Source of the DNA: Bugula neritina
Taxonomy: Eukaryota; Animalia; Bryozoa
DNA length: 64,000 bases
Reading direction: 5' to 3'
Assembly (NCBI GenBank): GCA_964035545.1
Contig: OZ037767.1
Coordinates: forward strand, 31,202,628-31,266,627
In this document: positions 24,272 through 37,600 of the stretch, in pieces
Layout of the letters: every line of letters starts with the position of its first letter
Numbering within the stretch: position 1 is the first letter of the stretch
Notes under the pieces: model-generated
The model's input: the letters and a program-made list of their open reading frames with translations, nothing else
Told to the model about the DNA's origin: nothing
Database searches by the model: none
Translations under genes and position numbers: made by a program

Positions 24272-27200
24272 TTAGCTAGTCACGTTGCTGTTACTTTGAA
24301 CTGTGGGAGGAGCCGAAGATGGCGACACAGGAAATGGGTCGATGTTCTCAGGTGTCAATATTGAAGCGTGTCGGGAGCGCATCATTCTATTCTCTAAATA
24401 TAAAGGGGTGTCAACGTCAGTAAGTGTCAACATTAGTAAGTGTCAACATCAGTAAGTGTCAACTCCATTATGTGTAACTTACACAATGATTAGTAACTTA
24501 CGTTTCACTATTTTCTTCTCCAAGCGCTGATAGTGTATGTGAGACCCGATATAGAAAACGGCAGGAAGAAGTAGAAAGAGGACAGTTATGGTGATAGTAA
24601 TGCCGTCTTGTGGAGTGTTTTGAGTGCAGTTGAATGTGTTGGCCCAGATTATCCTAGTGTAGTTCATCTACAATGTACGTACACACTTGACTTACTTACT
24701 TACTCTATCTACTATATCTACCCAGAGTTTACTTACTCTATCTACTATATATTACTTACTCTATCTACTATATATTACTTACTCTATCTACTATATACTA
24801 CTTACTCTATCTACTATATATTACTTACACTATCTACTATATATTACTTACTCTATCTACTATATATTACTTACTCTATCTACTATATATTACTTACTCT
24901 ATCTACTCTATATTACTTACTGCATCTACTATATCCATACACAAGCCGCTGCCATACTTAGTATCCAAGTCTTTGTAGTCAGCGTTGAGGTTGAGGTAAC
25001 TGGTATTACACACTCGACACGCATCCGACTGGTTTGCTGTCAGTACTGTGACCTTGTTATTCTCGTCGGTCTGTACGCCTGGCAGCAACTCGTACTACAA
25101 GACACGCCTACTTTAACAACAGCCACACCTTATAGATTTATAATGTACTTCCCAGTACCAGTAGTAGTTGAATAATGTTTCAGTAATGCATAATAACATG
25201 TTTACTGACTAAAAATTAGAATGATAATGAAAACACCATATATTTAGTTACATCTCATGCAAGCAGTTAGTGTGAGTTTCAACAGTGAGTTTATCATCTG
25301 CATGCAATCGAATCGAATTCTCAGTCTTTAGATCATATTATATATAACATTATATATTATATTACATTCAATATATACTACAGAGTAGAGTACATGTTAT
25401 TATTATTATTCATATATTGAATTATGATATATTCAACAATTATATGAGCAATCATATTTCCCATATTATTTATATTTGGATCACAGCTTATGGTAGGTTT
25501 TGGTTTGACTCAAATGAGACAAAGAGTAGAAAGTACTTCATACCTTTAGTGTTGCCTGCACACAATAATACAGTGAATAATACAATAATACAGTAAATAA
25601 TACAATAATACAGTAAATAATACAATAATACAGTGAATAATACAATAATACAGTAAATAATACAATAATACAGTAAATAATACAATAATGCAGTGAATAA
25701 TACAATAATACAGTGAATAATACAATAACACAGTGAATAATACAATAATACAGTGAATAATACAATAACACAGTGAATAATACAATAATACAGTGAATAA
25801 TACAATAACAGTGAATAATACAATAATACAGTGAATAATACAATAACACAGTGAATAATACAATAACACACTATAAAATAATGTACAATGCAATAATACA
25901 ATGTACAATACATTAATACAGTGCACAATATAGTACAGCCTAAAATAAAATACTCCACGATTTCATAACTAGCGGCCAGTTGAGATCAGGTGAAAATAAT
26001 TACTGTATGAAAAGACATACAAGTTACTTGTGCAGTTTGTTGGACAAAAAAAATTCTAGCTGCAGTAAAGGCTATTATTCAGCTAAAAGTTAGAAAGCAG
26101 AAAAATGTACTCACTGTATAATTAGCAAAGCATGTGATGGTAGCGTTAGCCAGCTCTCTAAAGTGAATGACAAACTTTGCGGGTGTCCATGTGATATTCC
26201 CTGTCCAGCTCATACTAGCGAAGCAATCTACATACATACATCCTTCTAGAATCTACATACATACATCCTTCTAGAATCTACATACATACATCCTTCTAGA
26301 ATCTACATACATACATCCTTCTAGAATCTACATACATACATCCTTCTAGAATCTACATACATACATCCTTCTAGAATCTACATACATACATCCTTCTAGA
26401 ATCTACATACATACATCCTTCTAGAATCTGAATGTTCTACTAGATGTGTTATACTACATGTGTTATATAGAGGGCTATTTGAAACTGCACATAGCATATA
26501 CATGATTTCAACTGTATAGTGTCCAACATGTGGCCTACAGGACAGAAGGTGTTGAACTGAACATCAATAAGATGTTATTTAGACCTTTCATGTTGTAATA
26601 CAATATACACCACACATCCCATATACCTTAAATTATATCCATCAGGCAATATATTCTGTACGTACAGTCACAAGTATACAGTAAGGGTACGTACAGTCAC
26701 AAGTATACAGTAAGTGTACATGCTGTCACAAGTATACAGAAAGTGTACGTACAGTCACAAGTATACAGAAAGTGTACGTACAGTCACAAGTGTACAGAAA
26801 GTGTACGTACAGTCACAAGTAAACAGTAAGTGTACGTACAGTCACAAGAGTAGGTATATAGAAAGTGTACGTACTGTCGCAAGAGTAGGTATATAGAAAG
26901 TGTACGTACTGTCGCAAGAGTAGGTATATAGAAAGTGTACGTACTGTCGCAATGAGAAGTAGACCAGAGATTATCAAAGAACGACTTAGTCTGCTGGATA
27001 GCCATCACCATATCAGCGTTTAGTATCCAATCCTTGCAGTTATCTGTCTTCTCTCTCCCCTGAGACATGGGGTGGTCCGTCATCTACACAGTGAGAGTCA
27101 TAGCTTGAGTTACTGTACTAGAGTGAGGGGGTGTGAACGTGCCCCCAAACACATACATTTTGTCCCCTAAGTGGTAGCTGCTATGAAGATTCCTACTAAA

Positions 27201-28047
27201 AGGTGTAGCTCTCAGATAAGTTTTAGAAATAAGGGGAAAAACTTGTTTTGTTATATTTTTGAAGTAAAAGTTCATATATAAAATCTAGTGATTTTCCTTA
27301 TGCATGAGGTCCTGCAAACCACTCAACCTAACAAATAGCATTAGCAACCCTGATAGCAGTGGTGCACACATATTTGGAACATAGTCTAGTGAAATTCCTT
27401 AAACTGACGTGTTGAAAATGTAGCGTTTTCAAAGATGGCTCCCATTTCAGTTTATGAATTACTTATTTAATGACAGTTGAAAATTGTGAAGTATGATATT
27501 GCAGAAATATCAGGGCAAGATAATTCCTTAGTCAAAGACTCATCTTCAGCTATCCTGTTTTATTGATTAGCCAAAAACAAAGTTTAGATTTGTAGTTCAA
27601 AAATAGTTCAGCAACAACCTTTTGCAAAATTGAAAAAACCCATTCAATGCACTATACTAAGTTTCATACATATTTTCATAACAACTACAGAGATTTATCT
27701 CTTCCCTGACCCAACAATACCTTTTCTAGATCAGAGTATGCCCTGTTGACAATGAGATACTCCTTAACACAGTTCATGCATAACTGCAATGGCCGGGAAT
27801 TCTCTATAAAACACCTCGTATAGTTAGCGGCTGCATCCGCAAATCTCGAAGCAAATGCGTTGCATATAGACGTGATGTCTCCTGACGATTTATTCTTCCT
27901 GTGGGCTGCTTCTAGTTCAATACTGTGAACTTCTGGCGACAGCATTACACCGAGTTCACCAGACAGCGACTGCATTGCACTGAGATAGTCTGCTGACACA
28001 CAGCTGCTATTGCATAGTAACATCAATATCAGGAATATCACCTTCAT
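24272..28047 (-). CDS. OSTM1: Osteopetrosis-associated transmembrane protein 1 (ClC-7 beta subunit), ~346-350 aa
   Basis: Exons 27721-28047, 26945-27083, 26115-26227, optional 25544-25555, 24921-25094, 24502-24667, 24272-24393. Signal peptide, Cys pattern C..RPLQLCMNC, LWSTSHCDNC, LCMDIVDAMNYTRIIW...FNC, single TM segment ending LPAVFYIGS. Confidence 0.93.
24408..24463. repeat. 16-bp repeat (gtgtcaacatcagtaa), ~3.5 copies, in the last OSTM1 intron
   Basis: Directly visible. Confidence 0.8.
24689..24935. repeat. 23-bp splice-donor minisatellite (tacttactctatctactatatat), ~10 copies, filling almost the whole intron
   Basis: Minus-strand unit atatagtagataga/gtaagta mirrors the real exon end ATATAGTAGATGCA/gtaagta at 24921/24920. 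Confidence 0.95.
25562..25875. repeat. 20-bp minisatellite (acaataatacagtgaataat), ~15 copies, abutting the candidate microexon acceptor
   Basis: Directly visible. Confidence 0.93.
26225..26429. repeat. 25-bp splice-acceptor minisatellite (aatctacatacatacatccttctag), 8 copies
   Basis: Minus-strand unit ...gtatgtatgtag/ATT; the terminal copy is the OSTM1 acceptor at 26228/26227. Confidence 0.97.
26656..26952. repeat. 29-35-bp splice-donor minisatellite (gtacgtactgtcgcaagag... / gtacgtacagtcacaagtatacagaaagt), ~10 copies
   Basis: The terminal copy is the OSTM1 exon 2 end TTGCGACA/gtacgtac (26945/26944); copies diverge with distance from the exon. Confidence 0.93.
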
Positions 28048-28240
28048 AGTTGCTCTTTGCTACACCAAATCGGCTAAAAGTTGAAATATGAAACACAAAA
28101 TACTTCAAGTTTAAAAACAAACCATAACTCTAATAAAAAACACAAACTAATAAATATATAAATATGACAATATAGAGTTGATTATTCACAGAGCTATTGA
28201 ACAGCTAACACAAATGTATGAGCTTGAAGTAATACTTATA

Positions 28241-28319
28241 GACAGGGGACAAATCAATTGAGCACAATTAGTATAAGTTATACTAATAGTAATTGTGTTC
28301 AATTGATTTGTCCCCTGTC
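28241..28319. other. Near-perfect inverted repeat (30-bp arms, 1 mismatch, 19-nt loop)
   Basis: gacaggggacaaatcaattgagcacaatta ... taattgtgttcaattgatttgtcccctgtc. Confidence 0.9.
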
Positions 28320-29265
28320 CCCCACTTTTGTCTTTTAGTTATACTTAGTCTTATACTTATAGTTATACTAATACGAATACTAATAGTAATACTAATAAAT
28401 TATAATAATACTAAGTCTAATAGTAATACTTAAAGTTAATCAGTTATACAGTATAACTTATACTTAATCTTATAGTACTAGTAGGTAAGTTATTAGTTAT
28501 ACTTATAGTTATACTTTTACTTTTGGTTTTACTTTTATTATTGGAATAATTATAATTATAATAAATTGATAACTTATTACTTACAGTTACACTAGAAGTA
28601 TTTGAAATACAATACCAAAACTATTTCAAAAGTTATAAAAATATTATTTTCATGAAATTTTCACCATAATGATAATGATAAGATAAAAATCCATGTAAAC
28701 CTAGTAACTAATATTTACTTAGTCACATGAATGATGAGCGCTAACTATTTGACCCAATGAACAACCTTGTGTACTTTATGCTATCCAATTACAAATCAAG
28801 TCGGAATAAAATCAATATTTGGGGTGGGATCTCCTGACTACTTCCTATTCTTTTAACAAAACTAATCGTACCGAGGGCTCTGTTACCGAGTCAATTTTAA
28901 CGTTTTCTAAGACGGCTACTTTTTTATTGCTAGCCATGCAACACCAACGGCTGCAGTCACGAAGTTATATAAAGCTCATTTTTTATATATAAACATTGAT
29001 TGCCACTCACTATTTTACTTATTAAAAATAATATTGAAAGCCATATTTTAACTTCTATAGCTGTTTCAAGTTCATTTGTGTTTTGCGCATCTCAGCTTCA
29101 AGTTGAAGTTGATCGACATTTTCATCTTGAAGTTGAAGTTCAAGTTGATCTTCATCTTACAGTTACAGTTAATTCATTATCTTCATCTTGTTCTTGTAGA
29201 TTAGAAATTTGCCTTTATTTATATGTAAATACTGAGAGTAAGAGTGTTGAAAGCAGAAATTTATA

Positions 29266-32200
29266 ATGGCTCTACTGTAAGTACTTGCCGCTAGGCTCTA
29301 TAGTTTCGTTCTGATTCTAGTGATAATCTCAATTGCATTTCTGATTGGCGCACTTGACTAGCACTCAGCACTGTCAATCCAGAAAAATTCTAGTTTTAGG
29401 TCTCGCTTTTTTATATTAAAATTGGTTGATATTCAAACATTAACCAAATTTGAAAATAATCACAGTAATAATAATTATAGCCATTAGCTTACAAGTCATT
29501 AAGTTTTTCCAACGCTGTTACTATTACTATTGGCAAATTACATATTGAGCTTAGTACTTTGACTTATGGGAATTTCAAAGACTCGGCCAGTCAATCATAC
29601 TACTTGATTCAGGTCAATTATATGACTTGAAGGTTTCAGCAATTTGACTAGTTGACAAGCTTCAAGTAATAGCTTACTCAAGTTAATGTGCCCGTTCTAG
29701 CAAAGATCTGTTATTCGATAAAGTATTTTTTATTTGATTTATTTAGATTTCTGTAGATACATTAGGAAATAACTCTGTAATCTGAATTGGTATTTTGTTC
29801 ACTTTTCCATAATATGCATAAAGTTGGTTAAAAGCAACTAATAAACTGCATTTGTGTAAATTGATTTTGAGTGTTTTTTTCTAGAAATTTGAACTTATAG
29901 ATAAAATGCCATTTAACACACATCATATACACTAACTACAACACTGTATTTGCTATTGGAGTTATGCTCCCTAACACTGTTGTGCCTGATGCTGTAGACA
30001 CACATGTCGCCGTGTCCTGCAACTTATTGAGCAGAAGCCCTCCTTACATCTCTGTCGTAACATCCAACAGTCGGCTGTTCTAGGAAAAAAATCAACTTCG
30101 GGAAAGAAATCTAAAGACAATAAATTGCAGGAAGACAGGTTTGAATATCATTTTATCTTATGATTTGTATTGCATCAGTTTTATTTTCCTTACAAGTGAG
30201 AGGAGAGTATTGAAGCAGAGGCTTTGTTATTCATTTTTGAATACTTGAACATTTGATTTGACTGAAATGTTATATTTTTTCAATTGATTTAAAACAATGA
30301 GGATGACTTTCAAATTTTAGCTGCTCCAATATTGTGCTTTGTAATTTCTTGTATTAATTTATGCCAATTTCAAATAGAGTTCCTCCTAATCATGTATGTA
30401 TGTATGTATAGTATTTAATATAATGTGATGACGTTTAGAGAAGAGAAGGACAAACTGTTGCATGCTGCTGCCAATGTTGCTGCTTCAATGCCACACATTG
30501 GAGATGAAGTCTTTGATGACTTGGCTGCTCAGATTGGGAAGATGGGCTCTGGTCCTTCTGACAGGTCAGTTGAGTCAGTTGTCTTACCTCGTCTCGCCTC
30601 ATCTAACCTTGTCTTACCTCGTATCGCCTCGTCTCCGATACGGTTCTGTTCACTCAGTATTTTCAGTGTCTTCAATACTTTATACTGCTCATGTTAGCTC
30701 GGTCTATATTAACTCAATATACTCAGTCTATATTAACTCAACATACTCAGTCTATATTAACTCAATATACTCAGTCTATATTAACTCAATATACTCAGTC
30801 TATATTAACTCAATATACTCAGTCTATAATAACTCAATATACTCAGTCTATATTAACTCAATATACTCAGTCTATATTAACTCAATATACTCAGTCTATA
30901 TTAACTCAATATACTCAGTCTATATTAACTCAATATACTCAGTCTATATTAACTCAACATACTCAGTCTATATTAACTCAATATACTCAGTCTATATTAA
31001 CTAAATATACTCAGTCTATATTAACTCAATATACTCAGTCTATAATAACTCAATACACTGAGTCTATATTAACTCAACATACTATATCAACCTGTTGTTG
31101 TGTTTGTAGTTCATCACAGTCTGCTTCTCAAAGCTCTACAAAGGTATGTCTTCCATCTGTAGCTTATTTTGTTGATTGCAAAAAGAAAACTCAAATGAAA
31201 ACATTCCAGAACTTTCCTGAACTTGGTAAGTCTCAGAGAGTTTCAATTGCTGTAAGAGTATTAGGAGTTATGTCCTCAATGTAGTAAGATATATAATGCT
31301 TCAGGGGTTGAGTGCAGATCAAACAAAGAAGCGTATTGATCAGATACTTCACAAGTACCGAGCTCTGTCTAAACAGTCGGTCAAGAGTTCAAGAAAGTCG
31401 CCAGGAAAAGTTACTTCAGCCGAAGATAAACCTCCACCTGATGAAAAACCTAGCCAATCAGAGCGTTCTGCTCCAGCAGCTGAGGAAAACCTTCCTCTAT
31501 TCTCTCAGACAGCATTCCTGGACAAGATAATTGCTAACAAGGTAATCGCTAACAAGGTAATCGCTAACAAGGTAATCAATCGCTAACAAGGTAATCAATC
31601 GCTAACAAGGTAATCAATCGCTAACAAGGTAATCGCTAACAAGATAATCGCTAACAAGGTAATTGCCATTCTCTACTTGAATAGCTGAACTTGTCATTTT
31701 AGTAGTTCAATATGTTTCACATGATATTATTGATCATTATATACCTGAACGTTTTATGGTCAGTCTTTGTATCTGGTCATTATCGGTTTGATCATCATCC
31801 TGTGTAATACTCGCCTATTTCCGCCCTGTCCTCACCTATCTCCGCCCTGTCCTGTAATATTCTGTGCTAATTGGTTATGTTGTTAGACTATGTTTGTTCA
31901 GATTTGTTTTACAACCCTACAGTTATTCTTTATAAGCCAAGTCTCCTAGGAAGCATTAGTTGTTGGGAACTGGGGCTACAGTAGTAATAATGAGGTCAAC
32001 AAGTAGAAATGAATACGTTTTAGAGAGTTGCCTGTTTTAATATTCATAAATCTGTATATGCGACTGTCAAAGTTAGTTTTACAAATTTTAGGGGGATTTT
32101 AGAGTTATCTCCCTAATATAATGTAAGATCTAAGCATTGCCATCTCAGCTGCACCGAATCAAACTGAATGTTTTAGTTGATTATTTGCTGCATTTGAAAC

Positions 32201-33829
32201 AGGGAAATCTGCCAAGTGATGCCCTCAAATCCAACAAGAAAAGTAGAAAGGGTAGAAAAGGCTCAAGTCCAGAAAGTACAGCCAGTAACAAAGTATCGGG
32301 TGACTTAGATGGGCCCCGTATGACTGCAAGTTTCAAGACACAAGAAAGAGCTAAGGCTAGGACTACAAAAACTCAGTCTGTGGACCTAGACTTGGACATG
32401 GATGACGTGCCACTAGAAAACATACAGGGGGTAGCTAGAAGGAGACCAAACACCAATCCTAAGGCTACGCCTATTGCATTTGAAGTTCTGAAGAAAGCAA
32501 TCGTTGGTGGGTGTTGACTGCTGGTGTGACCGGTGTCAGTTACTACTAGTTACTACTAGTTACTATTAGTTACGGCTAGGCACTGCTAGGTACTGATAGC
32601 CTCTTTTACTAGCTGCTAGGTACTGATAGTCTCTTTTACTAGCTGTTAGTTACTGCTAGGCACTGCTAGGTACTGATAGTCTCTTTTACTAGCTGCTAGT
32701 TACTGCTTGTGTCTTCAAGTTACTATTTGATAATCTCGACTGATTTGTAAGCGTCTAGAGGTTGTTGACTGACTTTTCTTTATATCAGATGGTTAGAGCT
32801 GTCTGTGTGTGACGTGTTATTCTGTATGGAAAAGAGCTTATTTATACATTGGTACTTGTAGATGGAAAACTTTCTGATGGGGATTTACTGGCAGGTGTGG
32901 AACCTCTGCATATTTTCAACCCAGAAAAGTGGACAGAAGCCAATCTGGGAGGTAAGAGTTGGCAGTAACTCATATAATTGATACAAATTGATCTTTATTG
33001 ATTGATTGATTGATTGATTTCACACATCTCTAATATTTTATTCCTTGCTCTGCGCTGTGTAATTTATTTATATGAAATACTGACTTCTGGTAATGTTGTA
33101 TTTGTCACATCAGACCCCATTCCTATGCCGAACACCTGGAAGAAACAGTTCGACACGCAACTCGAAGAATCTAAGTTTTTCCCACATAATGCTTTTGAAG
33201 AAATGATTCAGTGGACAGAGGAGGGAAAACTCTGGAAGTTTCCAATTGATAATGAGCAAGGCAAGACAACTTCATAATGTTAAGATATTTCCTGTTGTGT
33301 GAGCTCACAAGCTATCTTTAGGTTTGAACAGTTTTTTTCTGTGATTTCATTTCAACCTGATATATTCAGAATGAGATAAAGTTCTTATTGTATATTTATT
33401 ATAACTTATATTGTTGTGTTATATTTTTAATATATTATTTTATATATTTATCATGTTATGGTCTAGGCTAGTCTAATTGAAATTGTTTTCTTGTCTCAAC
33501 TCCGAGAACCACCAGGGGTGTATACAGTAACTCTCCCCCTCTCCAGCTGGTCTATACGCCTGTCTGTCTGTCTGTCTTTCTCAGGTATGGACGAAGAACA
33601 CAACACGCCGTTCTACGAGCACGTCTTCCTAGAAGAGTACTTGCAGCCCTTCCCCAAAAGTGGACCAATCAAAACCTTCATGGAGCAAGTAGTCCTTGGC
33701 CTTAGCAAGAACCCCCACCTGACCGTCGAGGAGAAGAGGGGGCATATCAAGTGGTTCGAGGAGTATTTTAGAGAGAAGCAGCCATTTGTGACATCAGAGA
33801 ACTTGTTAGCCGAGTCAGCTGCGGTATGA
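29266..33829 (+). CDS. MRPS31: Mitochondrial small ribosomal subunit protein mS31 (~444 aa)
   Basis: Exons 29266-29276, 29998-30138, 30439-30564, 31110-31143, 31305-31541, 32203-32506, 32862-32951, 33114-33260, 33585-33829. Presequence-like N-terminus; hallmark NAFEEMIQWTEEGKLWKFPIDNEQG...FYEHVFLE...FPKSGPIKTFMEQVVLGLSKNPHLTVEEK..HIKWFEEYF. The middle exons are less certain. Confidence 0.93.
30703..31082. repeat. 24-bp minisatellite (tctatattaactcaatatactcag), ~16 copies, ending ~27 nt before the acceptor at 31109
   Basis: Directly visible; it explains the (SILTQYTQ)n pseudo-ORFs. Confidence 0.95.
31522..31665. repeat. 15/19-bp splice-donor minisatellite (gctaacaag/gtaatc), ~8 copies
   Basis: The first full copy is the MRPS31 exon end GCTAACAAG/gtaatc at 31541/31542. 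Confidence 0.95.
32538..32708. repeat. Compound 10-bp/30-bp repeat (agttactact; ctgctaggtactgatagtctcttttactag), ~30 nt after the donor at 32506
   Basis: Directly visible. Confidence 0.8.
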
Positions 33830-34100
33830 ATATCTTGGACTAAGCTAGGCCTACTCAATGTATACTCTTGAATATTTTATTGAGAGAGTTGAAGTTTTTG
33901 TAAATGTCTGCCAAGTTTGTGTGAAATGCTTTATATAAAATGGTTTTCATTTTAACACAATAAACATCATTTAGAAATAATAAAATATTTATTTATTTAA
34001 TGATGCTAGATATAACAAAATAATAAAAATAATACTTAAATCATGCGGTGTGAAAAAATATGAAACTATAAAAATAAAATGTCTAATTTCGATGAAATAA

Positions 34101-34204
34101 TAATTGCTATACAGAAATTATATATAATATAATATAATTGCTATACAGAAATTATATATAATATAATATAATTGCTATACAGAAATTGTATATAATATAA
34201 TTGC
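34101..34204. repeat. ~34-bp repeat (taattgctatacagaaattatatataatataata), 3 copies, between convergent genes
   Basis: Directly visible. Confidence 0.8.
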
Positions 34205-34604
34205 CAGCAGGTGTGACAATGTAGGTTGAGTTTAGCTAAGATATACGGAGATGAAGAGGCATGGTTTCTAATATTGCTAAATAACGTATCAGATTGTCCT
34301 ATAATGAACTTTACAATCATATGTATGAGATTCTTGTGCATTTACAAGTCAATTCGAAATGCCTCACGTGCTCCACCCAGCTGTGGTAACCTTCAGCGCC
34401 GCAGGTATAAAGAGTAAGGCTATGGAACATATTGCAGGTAAAGTATGTGTGATAATCAGTCATCCTGTTGCCAAGCTATGTGGTGCCACAATACTAATGT
34501 AAAACAATGGTGTGGTGCTGCAATGGCAATGCCATACAATAGTGCTATTTGTAATCATTGCTGTGATGACTCATTATAATGGTGAATCAGTATCTCCATG
34601 ATGT

Positions 34605-37600
34605 CTACACACTGAGCATTACTCCAGTGAATATGGAGCCAGTTTGCACATCAATGACCCTGTGGCATTTGTTGGTCACTTTTATACTCACATATTCAGA
34701 TTTCTACAACAGAATATAATTCATTACAATCAGCTATAAAGAACATACGCTGAGCGTACTATTAATGTTTTCATATGAAATCACCCCCTCCCCTTATGCT
34801 TAGCACCTAATAGCATCATGAAGTAGAGTGTTAAGCTGGTAACTTACACGTATATGTAATAACTGAAGGGAGTATTTCACTTACTTTTAGTTCTAGAGTT
34901 GAAGTTAACTGTACAGTGAAATATCTCTGTCTGGAATCCATCGAATGGATATATTGGGGAACTGCGATATCCTCAGAGCTAAAATATAACACAACGTTAT
35001 ACAAGCATACATATAGATAACGAGACATTACAGGCATGCAAGTATAGCAAGTTAACTGCAATGCAAATGTTAGTTATATATGAATGGTGTATAATATCTC
35101 AATAGTATTAACCATTTAGTAAGTTAAACATTTACCTTCAAGAGATGTTTTTGAATTAAAATTACTTACATTATGATCTGGAATAGTACTGCTAATTAGA
35201 AAAATATATTGAGAAACCGAGTAATTTAATGATATATTCTATACTAGTTTTGGTTAGAGTCCTGGCCTACTAAGACGTGCATGTGCTGGGTGGAGAGTTG
35301 TGGCCGGGCTAATGGTGATGCCTGGAAGGGCATTCATTTCCTGTAGTACACGCCCTCAAACCACGCCGCCAGCATAGTTTGAAACTCTGGCTAATAGTCT
35401 GGTTACTAACCCTGGCTATTAGAGATTCTCACAGGAGTAAAGACTCTAAACTAACAGAAGATATTTGATAACTCCCAGACTATAGTCTAATAGCCCAGCC
35501 TTTGACAGAGTGATGTTGTTCTATTAATAGCTCTTACCTGTCTATTCCCATCGAGCATTCTCCGTTTGGACATATAGCTACTTGTACAAGATTAGGTTTC
35601 TTGTCGGCTACGACTTTGTGACGAGAATGGAAGTTTAGAGTGACGGTAAACTGATAGATGCCGGTTTTATCTACTCTGAACTTTCCATCGACACCCAGAT
35701 CTGCTGCAACTCCTCGGAGTAAACTGTACTTGGTGCCAGTCTGCAATACAAAGCTAATATTTTAGTTCTTATGGAATATAAATAACTCAGTTATATACTA
35801 TAAGGGATTAGCTTAAACAATTTTCTAGCTGTTCAACTTTATTGAATTTTTATCTAATGATTAAATCTACGAGCTTGACTGTGCTAAAACAAGCTTTATT
35901 GACTTTAAAATAAAAAAATACAAAATATTATATTTATCTCCTATACCAAAGATAATTACAAATTACAATTACAAAACAAAGATAATTAATAAAAGGTTTA
36001 TTTTGCAAGTGCTACAGGCTAGGTGGTTATTTTTCCCTAGGCAGAAATTGTAATACTGATAAAAATCAGCCACCCCATGATGTATATTTTGTAATTCTGC
36101 CAAAACATGCCGGAATATTCTTAGAGAATATTATTTTAAGAGAGCATTATTAAGTGCACTCAGCTATTATTGCACGTTGCTGCTTACACTATGGAGACTA
36201 AAAGCTATAGTTACCCTGTTGGTGTCTACAATCCATTCTATACATATTAGGTGTGAGTTTTATGTATTGCTGTCGCCAGAATTTAAACTTTCATTGTGTT
36301 TTGCTGCCGGGTGGTGTATACAGGCGACACGAGGGTCAAGGTGATACAAATTAAATCAGTCAGCATGCTGCCTGAGCCCACTTGATGTTATGATTTATAA
36401 TAAATAAGGGAATACAGTATACAAATTTAGCTGAGTATTATGTATTTTGATATACAGCTAATGTGTCTTCTAGAATTTTGATAACCCATTTAAATTGCTG
36501 AACAAGCATTGTATAGGCCACACATGCTGAGTGAGTGGTCATACAAGCGTATCCGTTTCTATCTCACCAAGTGTATATTCCTCAATATTGAGACAGTAAC
36601 AAGCAACCAATCAGTGTGCAGCATTGATCAGCTGACTAAATTTTATTTAATTATCATTTGCTTTCAGTAACGTTGCTTTTATCATTGCCAGTAATTAAAT
36701 AAATTGTAAAAAGTTGAAATCATCACCTACATCAAAACATTAGCAAATAATTTTAGCTTTAAAAACCTACCAGCTGAAAGTTCTCTATAATGGACTGTTT
36801 ATTTGGCATGATGGTGGCTTTAGCCAAGAGCTTAGCAGTGAATGCTAAGGGAGCCCTGTTGACTGTTCGAACTTTATCTTCTACACCCGGGTAGAAAAAG
36901 GATAGCACATCAGTGTCCAGGTTTGTTAAGTCACAGGACGGGCACTGAAACAGAGAATAGTCTGTAATACGCTGTCTGGTTTTAATGGCACTTGCTGCTT
37001 GTTCATGTAGAGACAACTTCTAATATTGCACATTATTCTAATTTGTGTAGCAATCAATAAATTAAGATGCTAACATGTGAAAATGTTTGAGTTTTATATG
37101 TGGTTCTCAAATTGGCTATTTGTTCCTATTAGAATACACTTTTACAGCCTGAAGATGCTAAATTTTGGTTTAATATATGTGAGCATTTATTCCATTTAAA
37201 GTGAAACAAAAAATACTCAACAGAAAATATTACTTTAAGCATTTAGATTTTGTATATTTAGTTTTACCTTCACTGATATTATCTTTCTGGCTTTTTTATT
37301 CGCTGCTTCTTTTATCATTTTCTTGAATTCTCTAGCAATGTCTTCCTTAGTCATGACGGCACCAGGGGGCCCCCTTGGCCCAGCCGGCCCTCTCTACAAA
37401 AGTTCACATAGATTAGTTGTTTATCTTTATGAAAAACAAGAAGATGATTCTCTATAATTTCATCATAGCTGAGCTCCTAATTCCCTAGCAGTTGTACACA
37501 AAACAGCTTTTAAAATTATAGAATTCTTCCTAATAAACATATACATATTTTTGAAGCTTATAATTCCAATTTGACATTTTCCTTGCCCCTTGTTTAGGAA

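Noticed and set aside
24608-25958. Tyr/Leu/Cys-rich repetitive ORFs
   Set aside because: Translations of OSTM1 intronic minisatellites.
30462-31284. 180- and 197-aa repetitive ORFs
   Set aside because: Translations of the 24-bp intronic array; only 30439-30564 and 31110-31143 fit the MRPS31 model.
34226-34341. Alternative last exon for the C1q gene
   Set aside because: Exon 34605-34703 supplies the expected final C1q strands and the stop codon.
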